Positions 40,032 to 53,769 of a stretch of 64,000 nt of DNA are shown here, piece after piece (position 1 is the first letter of the stretch; each line of letters starts with the position of its first letter). The notes under the pieces were generated by a model. That model searched no databases. It was not told the DNA's origin and saw only the letters and a program-made list of their open reading frames with translations. The stretch is taken from the NCBI GenBank assembly GCA_010909165.1, contig VJWM01000328.1:1-64000 (forward strand), given 5' to 3'. Source of the stretch: Anthoceros angustus (Eukaryota; Plantae; Anthocerotophyta). The position numbers were made by a program, and so were the translations under genes.

Positions 40032-43000
40032 GTTTGCCATCTCCGGCTCCTCCCTCGCCGCCTTTGATGCATTCCCCACGGCGGCGACTGCTGCACCCTC
40101 CTGCGATCCGGGACAAGCCACGAAGACCGGTGAGCAATCATGCGATGGGGCGGGACCTCGAGGTCATGCTCGCCGTCATTAGCCTCGCAGTCTCCTTCCA
40201 GTGAGCCATCTTCACCGTCTTGATCATCTTCGTCCTCCTCGGCGGGTAGGGCGCCATCACATAGTCCTCTGTGTCCTCACCGTCGTTCTCCATATCCTCG
40301 TCATGGGTCAAGCTAGCTTCCTTCAGCCTTGAAGAATCACAAAGTCTGTTGGCAGTCAAAACCCGGACGTCCGGTGCAGACGCATCGGCTCGGAGCGGAA
40401 GCCGGCGATCTTTGGATCATTTGCAATTGGTTGTATTGCGGACCTCGAGCGGATGCGGTGCTAGGATGTTTCCCCACCATGGCATTGCGGGGATGCTTCC
40501 CTCGGATGCCGCTCGGTTGCATCGGTGAGGCTGGTTGCTTTCCTGCAGATGCCCTTGTGAAATGATTCCCCATCTTGAAGATGCTTCCGGATGCTCTTTC
40601 TGTTGTTGCTTCTGGCGGATGCCTTCTTGGTGTGCTTTGGCGGATGCACCGCTTGGATGCTTTGAATTCCGTCAAGTCGATGTGTCCGCTTTCACCGGCC
40701 GATGATCCACTACCACCCACTGCGGCGGGTGGGTTTACACCTGAATCCGAGTACCGGCACGCCTAACGCCTTCTAAACATACTTGGTGCATTACCTTGTG
40801 GAAAACTCATGCCCATCATTTTTTAGCCCTGCGGCGATTCTTCACGGGCGCTTCCATGGCAAGCCACGATGTCAAAATTCTTGATCACGGTGAGTAGACT
40901 CGGACGACATTGGGGTCGAGTTTGAGGGTTTGTCTTGATGTACACAAAAATGACATACCCTTGGTCATCCTTCTCCACAGTGCGTGAACAAAAGCAGCAC
41001 CAAGACATGAGGGCTTTGAACGGCTTGTCCAGCACCCAAGGTAATGCAATACCAACCGTCTGCGGGGCGTTGTTGCCTGATCCAACTCGCCGAGATATAT
41101 CGAAGGAGAGTTGTCCTGAAGCATCATTCCGATCATGTCGATGTCGCTTGCTTGTAAGGACTTTGGAAAGTTGCTCTAGTTGGGGGCGTTGTCGTGGGGC
41201 GCGGGTTCACGGTGTCGGGTATGCATCTTGATGCCTTGGATCGGTGGTCACGGTCTCCATGGGGCCCTAGAATCAAAGGCTGCCGCTGGTCCGTTTTCTC
41301 CCCGCTAGCGCTCCATCGGGTTTGGCGCCTTTGCTCGCTTCTGTTTGAGGGCCCATCTGCCAAACAACCCATTGTAGCAAGGAGATCATTGGACATATTA
41401 GCAAGTATAACATGAGGGAAGCACATAATTGGCAAGCATTAAGGATTGTCAAAAACGGCGGCGCACATCAGCGGGACCGGTATGTTCTTCGTGAAACACG
41501 GATGGCCTGTGAGGTTGGAGCGGTGTTGACCTTCAATGAAACCACGCAGAATTGAAAGACACTCCGATTCCGCGGTCGAATCGAGGGATAAGAGACAAAT
41601 CATCGCTTTGTCCCTCGCTCAATATATCCACCATCTCGGCTCGAGTTGGCGCCAAAATCGGTCTTCCAGCGGTGGAGGAAGGTAGTATGACTATGTGGGG
41701 TCACGATGTGCAAGAGCGACTCACGGCATCGTCGGTGACATTCGCAATTCCACTCCATGGGAAATCATCCAATGCACGATCGTCGCCAAGTTTAGCCTTC
41801 ATTCGCGCTCCAAAGGCACATCGCAAAACAAGTAGTAAAGCATATTTATGAGAATATTCCATGTTTTGCCATCTCCGGCTCCTCCCTCGCCGCCTTTGAT
41901 GCATTCCCCAGGCGGCGGCTGCACACCCTCCTGCGATCCGGGACAAGCCACGAAGACCGGTGAGCAATCATGCGATGGGGGCAGGACCTCGAGGTCATGC
42001 TCATCGTCATTAGCCTCGCAGTCTCCTTCCCGCCATCTTCACCGTCTTGATCATCTTCGTCCTCCTCGGGTAGGGCGCCATCCATAGTCCTGTGTCCTCA
42101 TGTTCTCCATATCCTCGTCATACCGGTCAAGCTAGCCCTTGAAGAATCACAAAGTCTGTTGGCAGTCAAAACCCGGACGTCGGTGCACACGATCGGCTCG
42201 GGGCAGCGGAAACCGGCATGTCTCTGGATCATTTGCAATTGGTTGTATTGCGGACCTCGAGCGGATGCGGTGCTAGGATGTTTCCCCACCATGGCATTGC
42301 AGGATGCTTCCCTCCAGATGCACTGCTCGGTTGCATCCCAAGCTGGGTTGCTTTCCTGTAGATGCCCTTGTGAAATGATTTCCGCCATCTTCAAGATGCT
42401 TCCCGGCTGATCACGATGCTGTTGTTGCTTCTGGCGGATGCTGCTGGTGTTAGGCGGATGCACCGCTTGGATGCTTTGAATTCCGTCAAGTCGATGTGCC
42501 GTCTATCGCCTTTCGGCCGATGATCCACTACCACCCACTGCGGCGACGGGTGGGTTTACACCTGAATCCGAGTACCCGGCACGCCTAACGCCTTCTAAAC
42601 ATACTTGGTGCATTACCTTGTGGAAAACTCATGCCCATCATTTTTCGCAAGCCTGCGGCGATTCTTCACGCTTTCCGTGGCAAGCCGATGTCAAAATTCT
42701 TGATCACGGTGAGTAGACTCGGACGACATTGGGGTCGAGTTTGAGCTGGTTTGTCTTGATGTACACAAAAATGACATACCCTTGGTCATCCTTCTCCAAT
42801 TGCGTGAACAAAAGCACCAAGACATGAGGGCTTTGAACGGCTTGTCCAGCACCCAAGATGCAATACCAACCGTCTGCGGGGCGTTGTTGCCTGATCCAAC
42901 TCCGCCGGATATATCGAAAGGAGAGTTGTCACAGCATCATTCCGATCATGTCGATGTCGCTTGCTTGTAAGGACTTTGGAAAGTTGCTCTAGTTGGGGAC

Positions 43001-43715
43001 GTTGTCGTGGGGCGCGGGTTCACGGTGTCGGGTATGCATCTTGATGCCTTCGGATCGGTGGTCACGTCTCCATGGGGCCCTGCGAATCAAAGGCACCGCT
43101 GGTCCGTTTTCTCCCCGCTAGCGCTCCATCGGGTTTGGCGCCTTTGCTCCGCTTCCTGTTTTGAGGGCCCATCTGTGCCAAACAACCCATTGTAGCAAGG
43201 AGATCATTGGACATATTAGCAAGTATAACATGAGGGAAGCACATAATTGACTGCAAGCATTAAGGATTGTCGAAACAGTGCGGCGCACATCAACAACCGG
43301 GACCCTGGTATGTTCTTCGTGAAACACCGGATGGCCTGTGAGGTTGGAGCAGTGTTGACCTTCAATGAAACCACGCAGCGAATTCGAAAGACACTCCGAT
43401 TCCGGATATCGAGGGATAAGAGACAAATCATCGCTTTGTCCCTCTGCTCAATATATCCACCATCTCAGCTCAGGTTGGCGCCAAAATCGGTCTTCCCGCG
43501 CAGTGGAGGAAGGTAGTATGACTATGTGGGGTCACGATGTGCAAGAGTCAACTCCTGGCATCGTCAGCAGCAATTACTGCAATTCCACTCCCTGCATGGG
43601 AAATCATCCAATGCCTGATCGTCGCCAAGTTTAGCCTTCATTCGCCGCTCCAAAGGCACATCTGGCAAAACAAGTAGTAAAGCATATTTATGAGAATATT
43701 CCATGTTTTGCCATC
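40032..43715. repeat. Tandem duplication, ~1.83-kb unit, containing an unidentified minus-strand coding-like region
   Basis: Units start at ~40032 and ~41865; TTTGCCATC at the boundaries; the copies differ mostly by short indels. Confidence 0.9.
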
Positions 43716-44254
43716 GGCTAAACATGTTTCGCCTTTTGCATAACCTCTGGCTCCTCGATCCTTGCAATCTGTTAAGGCAATTAACGAGACTTGACGCCGG
43801 ATCAGAGCATTGACATCCGCGTCAAGCTGTCATAATTGATTACGGAGGCGGGCCACGAGGCTGGATACAAGTTGAACATGTCTAGCTACGCGTCTTCACC
43901 TTTCGAGCACATTGTGAGCAGCACTTTCTTCTACTCTTTGGTAGCGCAATGGCGGTGACCTCGGTAGCGGAGGAAGAGTTCTTTGATTTGGTGAGCAGCG
44001 GACTAGTGGCTGGCGATGAAGATCTCGGGCATGTGTCCGAGTCGACATCGTGGACTTGGCGGCGCGCTTGATGTGGACAACCAAGGGAACCGCGGGACGT
44101 CCGGTGAATGTCCTGTGTCAGAAGAACGCTGGGCACACATCGGACTTGGATGACACCGCCTGCGGTGGTATAGCGACAGTCATAGCGATGGAGACTTGTT
44201 TTGTTCGATCCTGGTGGAACGAGCAGCGGCCGATCGGCAAGAAATTGCAGACCA

Positions 44255-46390
44255 TGTGGATCGGTGGCTCGTGCCGCCGTGAACAGGCGGCGCCTCGATA
44301 TCCCTCCCGATATCCGCAATCTTGGCCGCCTCGGCGACTGCGCCGGTACCATTACCCACAGCTTGTTCAAGTCGGGTGCGAAGAAGTTGGCGAGGATGTT
44401 TTGCCCAGATCCAAATCCGGGCCAAGCGGGTGTGTCACCGGCAGCGAGAGAGACAAGGTGGCGCCTACAGCGGATCCAGTGTGGGTCGCGAGTATTTTCA
44501 GCGTTGTGTTTCACCGCAGCCCTGGCCAAAGACGGAATCGGAAGCAGTGTTCTTTGAGTCGCCGGTTGTGGTGAGAAGGTCCATGGCATTGTTGATTTTG
44601 GTTTGGAGTTTGCGGGAGTGGGTGAAGGAGGTTACGGGAGTGGAAGGCGGGGAGACCAAATGTGGTACGAGATCCGATTGCACCTTTGTTTGGAGAGGAG
44701 GCGAGCAGGCCTCTGGCGGTGCAATCTTGCTCCTGCTAATCCCAAGTCGAGGGGTTGGAGTTGCGTCTATGGATGGGGTTATGTGTTCCACCAAGAACCA
44801 TCTTGCAAGGAATAAGGTGGACAATGTTTTGGCGAAACCTGTAGTCGGCGAGCTATGTGCAGAACTGAGGAGGCGTCTTGTGGGAGAAAGTGCATAGGAA
44901 AGTTGGGACATGGCGGGCTAAAGCTTTGTCGGCGTGTCGATGAGTAAGGGGAGCAGCATTTGCGGGACAGATTGATGTGATCGAAGATGTGGCGGTGTCG
45001 TGGCCGGATGGTTGAACAAGCTACCACACGGAAAGGTTTCGGTGTGTGTGAGGGCATTTTGCCGTGTGTTTTGCATTGGGGCACTCGGTATCAGATATGA
45101 CCGTCTGAAGGGACGAGGTTTGCCAGTGAGCCTGGCGGAAAAATACCTACCGTATGGTCTACAGTGTAATGTGGATGGATTTGTTTTCAAAGGAAATGTG
45201 GAAAGGCTACCCAATAGGGAAGTCTTTAACCACTGATACATTCACGAAGGAGGAGATTTATATTGAGTATGCTAGACAACGAGGCAAGAGCGATTACCGC
45301 ACATGTATGTTACGACTATTTACGCAAGTTGTGGATCGGCGGTGGCTCGTGCCGCCGTGAAGAGAGGCGGCGCTCGATATCCCTCCCGATATCCGCAATC
45401 TTGGCCGCCTCGGCACTGCGCCGGTACCATTACCGGCTTGTTCAAGTCACGGTGCGAAGAAGTTGGCGAGGATGTTTTGCCCGGATCCAAATCCGGGCCA
45501 AGCGGGTGTGTCTGGCGCGCGAGAGGAGACAAGGTGGCGCCTACAGCGGATCCAGTGTGGGTCGCAGGAGTATTTTCAAGCGTTGTGTTTCACCGCAGCC
45601 CTGGCAGAATACGGAATCGGAAGCAGTGTTCTTTGAGTCGGTGGTGAGAAGGTCCATGGCATTGTTGATTTTGGTTTGGAGTTTGCGGGAGTGGGTGAAG
45701 GAGGTTACGGGAGTGGAAGGCGGGGAGACCAAATGTGGTACGAGATCCGATTGCACTGTTTGGAGAGGAGGCGAGCAGGCCTCCTGGCGTGCAATCCTCC
45801 CTGCTAATCCCAAGTCGAGGGGTTGGAGTTGCGTCTATGGATGGGGTTATGTGTTCCACCAAGAACCATGCAAGGAATAAGGTGGACAATGTTTTGGCGG
45901 CGTAGTCGGCGAGCTATGTGCGGACTGAGGAGGCGGTCTTTGGGAGAAAGTGCATAGGAAAGTTGGGACATGGCGGGCTAAAGCTTTGTCGGCGTGTCGA
46001 TGAGTAAGGGGCAAACATTGCGGGACAGATTGATGTGATCGATGACGACGGTGTCGTGGCCGGATGGTTGAACAAGCTACCACACGGAAAGGTTTCGGTG
46101 TGTGTGAGGGCATTTTGCCGTGTTTTGCATTGGGGCACTCCGGTATCGGAATGCTCGGACAGTCTGAGAAGGGACGAGGTTTGCCCAGCCAGCCGGAAAA
46201 ATACCTACCGTATGGTCTGTGTAATGTGGATGGATTTGTTTTCAAAGGAAATGTGGAAAGGCTACCCAATAGGGAAGTCTTTAACCTGCCTGATACATTC
46301 ACGAAGGAGGAGATTTATATTGAGTATGCTAGACAACAGGCAAGAGCGATTACCGCACATGTATGTTACTATTTCTGCAAGTTGTGGATA
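44255..46390. repeat. Tandem duplication, ~1.07-kb unit, including the transposase A 5' part
   Basis: Units start at ~44255 and ~45330; TGTGGAT at the boundaries. Confidence 0.9.
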
Positions 46391-47539
46391 CGGCACTTCA
46401 GGTCTGTTAAAATACCAAGATCCAACCGCTTCTCCGTCTGTGCTATCTGTGAGAAGTTAAAAGCTAAAATAAAAAACGCCGGGAACGACAGAGAGCAAGG
46501 TACAACCGAGAATCCCTCTACCTTATCACTGTAAGCACCGGATGTCCGGTGATTGGATGGTGTCTTGGTAGAGTGTCGGGCGCAAACCCTATGGCCTTAG
46601 GAGACTTAGGGTTTGGCACGTGATGACTTTGGGCCAGGTGCAGAACACTTGCGTTGTTGCGTGCGTGTCTTGATGGTGGCCTTGTATGTGCGAGATAGAA
46701 AGCAGAGAACTCCTCAATTATCACGGGATCAACAACGGATGGAGCGGAGGAAAATGGCGCATCGCGGAAGTGTATGGCTCAACCGACCAAGTACATAGGG
46801 ATTGCGATAGATGGTATGGACCAGAAAAAAGCGAGTTGCCTCATTTCCGTAGAGTGCCCAAAGATGTGGATAGTCTGCCCTAATCTCTACATCCATGTGG
46901 TTGGGGTTTTGGTGTTCAACAAATTCATGCGCACTTATGTGTACCGAGCTACCCCAATATTGAATGATCCTAAGCACAATTCGTAATCCAGCATGTGATT
47001 AATTTGTGGGAGGGCAATTGCAAACTCTTTACTGCAGATGGACAATACGGTCGAACAAGAACCAGGAGGTGTTGGCGTATTGCGATGTTGGTGTCCATTG
47101 GTATTTTTAAGAAGGTTAAAGTGGGGTTTCTCATTGTTGGCCATACCCATGATCGATTGATCAAATGTTTTCCGTTTTACATTGTCTTGAACTTGAAAGA
47201 GGCATACACATTGCGGAGTTGATTGCTTGCTTGGAGAGGGCTTATACTCCTCGCGAAGGTCCATCTCATGAAGGAGGTGCGATTTTAAGCAATATTTATA
47301 AGCCGGAGGTTCTACCTTGTCTGATCTACACAACAGTTTTCAACATCAATTTAAGGTCACTCGGGAGGAGTTGCCTAGTCATGAGTTTGTGGCGGTCTTT
47401 GAGGTGCAAGCAATTTTCCACGGCACTGGACCCGGATGGTGGTGTTCAGGGATGGAGTGCGGAGAGGAGATTGTTGCGGCTCCACTGAGCCTGCATGGAG
47501 GGCTTAAGGGCAAGGAGCAAAAGGAGCATCCACATGTAT
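45900..47539 (+). pseudogene. Transposase A (Sola-like DDD family), N-terminal and catalytic part
   Basis: VCVRAFCRV, ERLPNREVFNLP, LWIRHFRSVKIPRSNRFSVCAIC, IAIDGMDQKK, LQMDNT-NKNQ (frameshifted), IFKKVKVGFLIVGHTHD-DQMF, FQHQFKVTRE. Confidence 0.8.
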
Positions 47540-48299
47540 GTCCTGACAGGGCCTGTCAGGATAATATTTGAAGCGGCTCAATATACAAGAAGGGGCTTAT
47601 GGGGTACATATACTGTGAAGGGGCTTCTCGATGGGCAACGAAATGGGGTTTTGCCCGTTATGGTAATGCCAATGTTTGGAAAAATAGGGTCTAAGATACA
47701 GCCCTAAGCGTATACAGATGTGTTCTATTGGTCATTGATGGTCGTTGACTTCCATGGTCACGTAGTTTTAAATAATACCCATAATGTCGCCATTTGTGCG
47801 GGTGATGGAAGGTGAAATATGGATAAGTTTAGGGTATGAGATTTGAAACATGGGAAGAGCCTCCCGTGATTGAATACCATCCTTGAGTGTTTGTCATGGC
47901 TCTACTTCATTGAGCTTTATTATGTCAAGATGTGTGGGGAAGCTCGCGAAGGCGCGGGGTAAGGCATGCCGCGCCAACTCTTAGTGGTCTAGCTACAAGC
48001 GTTTGAATCAATGACAATGCCGCCGATAACTAAACAGCAGGTTTGGTTTAAACCCTTCACGCAAACTACGGCAAGAGATTTGCATTCATGCGGATGGAGA
48101 ATTCAAATGTGTAATATAAAGATAGCTTATGTCCGAAGATAATAATGGGCGCGGCATGCCGCCCATTGCCTATGCCACGATGATCGATATGACCTTCACG
48201 GACAATACCCCAATATGCCCACTATGTAAGAATCGTTACATGGGCATACGCTAAAATGAAATGCAAGTCCGGCATTGGAGTTCTGACACGACTGGTTGA

Positions 48300-51200
48300 T
48301 CACTCTTCTCAGTCTAGACCTTCTCCATTTACCTCCTTCTCCTCGTTACAATCGTCATCGCTTTCATCTTGGACATCGAGTGCATGGTTGCGAGATGGGG
48401 ACGAAGGGCACTCGACTTCTCCTAATTACTTTCTTATCGATGCATATAGATGTTTCCTTGAGTTCAACTTGAACCCATAATAGACAATAACCGTTTTGCG
48501 AACGAAGATTGTCTGGATGTTTGGAGGTCTTGAGTTTTTTCCCCCTTTTCCTTTCGATGTTGGTGCTTCGTCGCCATTCGTTCTACAGACGTATTCTCCA
48601 ACATACTTGCCCTCGTAAGCATCTGTGTGCTCTGTTCTCCACCAATGCACACGTAAGAAAGGGTCTGCAGAGTTCAGGTGCACACTTAAAACCTTTGCAA
48701 CCCAAAATGCTCATTATGAGTGTCTCCCTCGCAAGGAGTGACAATGAACATGCCTTTCAATCTCCATGACATCCCCATTCATCCTTGCCACCTCCTCTTG
48801 CTGTAAGCTCCGGTGAGCTCCCAAATACATATCTCTGTGGTACTTCTCGAGTAATGCTTCGTCAAGAATAGCCTCGTCGCGACGTGCGGTGAGGACACAA
48901 GTACCTCACAAGTCCCGCCATACCATTTCCATTCGTTCGCAAGACTAGTCCAATGTTGTTGTCCACAATAGTTGCGATCTCACTCGATCCTTCCGAATTC
49001 AATCCACCACTCCTCTTCATCCGCATTCAAATATGTTGGCAGCTTGAGCAAGCCCTTCCGTAGGTGGTCTACGCCGCATGCTGTGAGCCCACCTTCACTC
49101 CCTTTTGTCTTTTGCACGAAGGGCCATCAATGGTGCAGTCCAATAACCGGCCGAATCGCCGTTAAGAACTCCAAGCCATCTTGGTTTCCCACCGTGGAGA
49201 AGTAGAATCGCTTACAGATGATCAGAACTTCCGCCCTAACTGCTCTTCCTTGTAATTTTGAATTGATCTTTGGAGCGAGGTTGTTCAAGCTTAACTGACT
49301 TTAAATTGGTGCCCCGGCTCCTTTCGCAAGCCGCCACATATGTTGAAGTCCGCACTTCTGATAACCTTGACTGGGTTTGGTGTGTATGCCGTTCTCAATA
49401 TATCCTCCATAGCCGGAGAGTACGAGCCTCCTTGTGCTTCGGATGCTTTGAAAAACATGAAAACATCCGATCCACCGTCATGCTCCGACGAAGAAGCCCA
49501 CCTTAACCTTTTGAAAATCGCAACTCTACTAGCATATTCGTAGGCAAATAGCAATTGATTCTTATTCTCCGCACGTGTTGTCAAGCGCAAATACAACAAC
49601 GATGGAAGAAGCCCTCGTAAGTGTGTATGACATCCCGTATGATCGAAATCGTCGGTTGCGTCATTGTGATTCGCATAGTGGAGATAAGCTCGCCTTGTGA
49701 GTATAATTATGGATCATACAACCCACAACATGAACCGTGATCTTGTTGTCCTCCTTCAAGTCTTTAGGCCACCGTAATATGCGGAGCGATGTTTTCTCGT
49801 CCATGCCATCAATTGATAATAATATGTATTTATGCTCACTATACCCTTTTGACCGATGCTTGACATTTTCTTCCTTTCGTTCATAAGACGGACTCGATGG
49901 GAGTCCACTTGGTAAACATGCCCAACCACGGTAAGATCGATTAGAGCCAAGCTTGTCGTGTACAAGACGAACAAATCTACACCATCAATGACAACCATGA
50001 GATTAACATCAGATGCTAGAAAGCCGGGCCACGCAGCCGGCACAAGACGCTCAGAATCAGGGCCCATTTCACGCGCTAAATATGGAGGCCACTCCTGTGC
50101 ATAAACCACTTGTCGCTGACGATCTGAGAGGAATACCGCTGAGAAACATGGAGAGGCGGCCCAGGGAGAATGAATATTCCGTGATGCGCCCGGCCACCCT
50201 TTGGTAGGCAAGGCATGGGCTCATGGGTGGCGCGGCATGCCGCGCCCACCCGCCTGATGGAAGGGGCGCCGGCATGCCGGCGCCATGCTCTGATGGAAGG
50301 AGGCCGGCATGCCGGCGCCATGCCTGATGGAAGGAGGCCGCCGGCATGCCGGCGCCATGCGCCCAGAGGCGCGCCGCCGCCAGTGCGCTTGAGCCCAGAG
50401 CGCGGGCCACATTTCGTCACAGAATATGTGGCCATGCGCTGCGGTGTCGCGGGCGGGTGTGCGGGCGCCGGCATGCCGCCTGCATACATTGCACTATATT
50501 ATGTACATGGCTTCCTTCTTGCCACCAAAGATCACACAAGCACATCCTACATTACCGAAAGATTGATTGGGAGACATGAACATGGACCGACGTTTTGCTC
50601 GATTGCTTGTGTGTCGAATGTTATACTTGATCCAGTATAAGGAACATGTCGAGAACTTTGACTTGGGAATTTTCACGCGGAAAATTGCTCCCATAACGAG
50701 GAAGTACGCATGATATGTACCGCAAGCTGTTTTGTCCATCCCTGCTTGTATTGTGACCAAACTTCATGCTTGGTAAAAGTATCGAGCAAGTTATAGACTT
50801 CAACATTCGCAACCTCTCGAGATGCAAGAAAGTCGCGTCCATCCACTCAATCGCACCAAGGCGTGCGTGGATTTTTGACATGGGTTTGGCTTGTTCTCCC
50901 CAAGGAGCATTACTCAGACTCGGTCTTCAATTCTTCATACCGCGGACTAATGCAATACATGCGTCAAGGCTTTCAAACAACATCTTAGTGGTGCGGTGCA
51001 TGAGAAATGTCTGCACCTTCCCTTTGCACTAGCTTCTTTGTGCGGGCGAACAAGTGCCTCCAAGAACCTCTGTTCTCCTCTTCCCGGATCCAAGAATCGA
51101 CGCTCTTCTTGAAAGCGATTCTTTTGGCATAGGGAGGCATAGCCTCGTGCGGCATGGTTTCCGGAATCTTCCAAGATGACATTCACTCTTCCTCGGACAC

Positions 51201-51400
51201 CACCGCTCTCCGCTTTTGCAACATACTTGCCGAGGGGCACTGCTTGCATTGTCTCCGATGCGGCTTTGGGTGAAACGTTGGTCTTGTACATGTTCCAAAT
51301 CCTTCTCCTTCATTGTTATCCATTGTACCCGCTATTTCCCGTGATGAGATAAGAGGCTGAAATTCCTCGTCATCACCTCTGTCTTCACACTGAACGCCAC
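48300..51400 (-). pseudogene. Transposase B (same family), frameshifted, probably intron-containing
   Basis: ERL-NVEVYNLLDTFTKHEV, RVKIPKSKFSTC, KYILLSIDGMDEK, LYL-LDNTC-ENKNQLLFAY, FKKVKVGF, DQMFSCFSKH, and C-terminal LRVHWWRTEHTDAYEGKY...RPPNIQ. Confidence 0.8.
50211..50482. repeat. Cluster of GCCGGCATGCCGGC palindromes (array 1)
   Basis: Three full 14-bp palindromes (one extends to 20 bp, 50265-50284) plus partial copies, spaced ~35 bp apart. Confidence 0.85.
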
Positions 51401-53769
51401 ATCTTCCGGCATTCCCCTGTGCGCGCGGTGAGCCGACTATTGCCGAAGCAGAAGCACCCCCTTCATCCTGACCATGATCGGTGAACAAGCCCCGTGCCGC
51501 GCGAGTTCTGCTTTCCAGCTGCCTCTTGCAGCCTCCTGGTCGACCCCGCGGACTTTTCTCCAATGCGCGAAAGAGGTTCACGTTTCTGAGTTCTTGGCAC
51601 ATAGCGGGCATCCGTTGATCTCCACCCGGACTGCGAGAGAAGCGGATGATCGGCCGGCAAGCCTTATGATTAAGAAAGTAATGTCCTACCCGATCCCACC
51701 ATCGTAAACATAACACCCAAGCACAAGACTACAAGACAAAGTCGCAGTCAAATAACACTCACTCAAAGGCAATGGCAGATGCAGTGGCAGGCATGTTGAC
51801 ATTGCATTCATTGGGTTCATCGGCGCTAGTCTTGCATGTTTGGCTTCTCTGCTTCTCATGTCCATCGACCTAAGGAATTGAGGCTTAAACCTCGCAAATC
51901 GCATCTTCGGATCCCCGCGAAATGGAATTGGTGAGGAAGACTTAAGGAAGTAAGGATAGTCCAGACGCGCCACAAACAGCAGTGCAAACACCTCCGCTTC
52001 ATCGGTCTTTTGTGTCGCGGTGAGCATCTTCTCGGTCCCTTCAAAAGCACAAGAAGAGCACACAACTAGTTCTATAGAATGGTGAAGATAGCAAACCACT
52101 ATAAGGGCATGTCCAGCTTTGTCCACGCCACTCGTTTGACGCGCATAGGCCACCATGCACGGAGAATGGCGGCGGTGCCTTAACTACATATTCATTGGCG
52201 TTCACCATCCTTTGTGCTACGCAAACGCAGTCATAATCTCATTACACCTAGGGTTTGCAGGAGCCGCTATTGCTATTTTTAAATATCGAATGTTACCAAG
52301 AACGCGGATTTGGCGCATTTCCACTAGATATGCCATGATGCGGGACCTAATTAGGGTGCCACGCCGTGGCAAGGCTGCTCTCCTTCCTCGGTGCGGTGAG
52401 CGTAAAACATACCCCTCTCGGCGCGCCTTTGCCCGTGCCAAGGATTGGTTGGGCGACACCTCGTGGAGCTCGAGCAAGCTGCCTTCAAGAGCAGGATCAC
52501 CATTGGAGGAGACGGTTTGAGCACGCGAGGCATCGGAACGGACGCGGACGCCGATCGCGGCAACGTTGTTGTCATCTCTTCTTTGTGGGATTGCGGTTTC
52601 GTATGATTCTGTCGATTTCTCCATGTCTTTCTAGTTCGTGAGAAGACATCATCAGCCATGGCTAGTGGGAGGCGGCAAGAAGGACTGCAAGATGGGCCTT
52701 TGTTGGCCCCGGACCCGATGGAAAAGCCGCGCAAGCATCGCAAGACAAAACAGAAGAAGAGCGACACTTTGCCGTGAGAAGGTGGAGCGCGTGTGTCATC
52801 GGCACCTGGAGGATCAGTCGGAGGCAAAACCAGCAGTGCAATCGACCATGGTTCGGGAGGAGCCAGTCTCGGAAAGTCCGGATCGCTGGGTCTCAGGGCA
52901 GCAAGCTACGGAGCGGGACAAAAGCGGGCTGGCCAAACCACCTAGGGCAAAAGCTCCAGAACCATTCCCTTCTCCTTACACATACGAGGAATCTATCATG
53001 ATCCGGCACACAAGCAGTAGAAGAAACTAATGCTGGATGGTTTTTAACTAACTGGGAGCTGCAGAACGAACTGGACTCCAATGCTGAAGTTGTGGATGTA
53101 TGGACACGCGGGAGCCTTGCCGAATCAGAGGGCACGAGCAGGGTGGGTGGTGTGGGCAACAATTGATATGGAGGAACAGGAGCCACAGTTCGAGATCCTA
53201 TGCACTAGAAGGCCATATGAATTCAACACTCTTCCAGTAACAACAGAAGATTATAGTGTGTTTCTGAGTCAGCCAACTTCAATGCCCGCAAGTGTGAGCC
53301 GAGCCTTGTCTCGAAATTTCGAGCGGTGCGGTGAGAGTGTGAGTGCGACCCAACACAACCTTTTTTTAGCATTGCTTGTTGTTTCGAAATGGAGAAACGC
53401 TTCACCTTGCTGCTCTTTTCTCGATCTGGTTTGGTCTGCTCAGCCGAAGTGCAGCAGAAAACTATGCGAAGCCATTACCTCCTCCATCAAAACACACAAA
53501 GTGGAGGTTTCATATCGGATAACGCGCCAAGGACTTGGTGTGTTTGCACAAGGAGAAATGGCATTTGTTGATGACGAAGAGGAGAATGAGTTTGGGCCAT
53601 CGGATGAAGAAGATGGGCCAGTCCCGGATGTTTTGGGACATTCAGATGATGAGGCTTCGGGGCATGACGGAGAAGGTCGAGGTGGGGAGGTCAGGATGGA
53701 CCTCCCCGGGGCGTCAATGGATATGATTTCTATCCCATATATCCCAGTAGAGGAAGAGGGAGATGGAGG

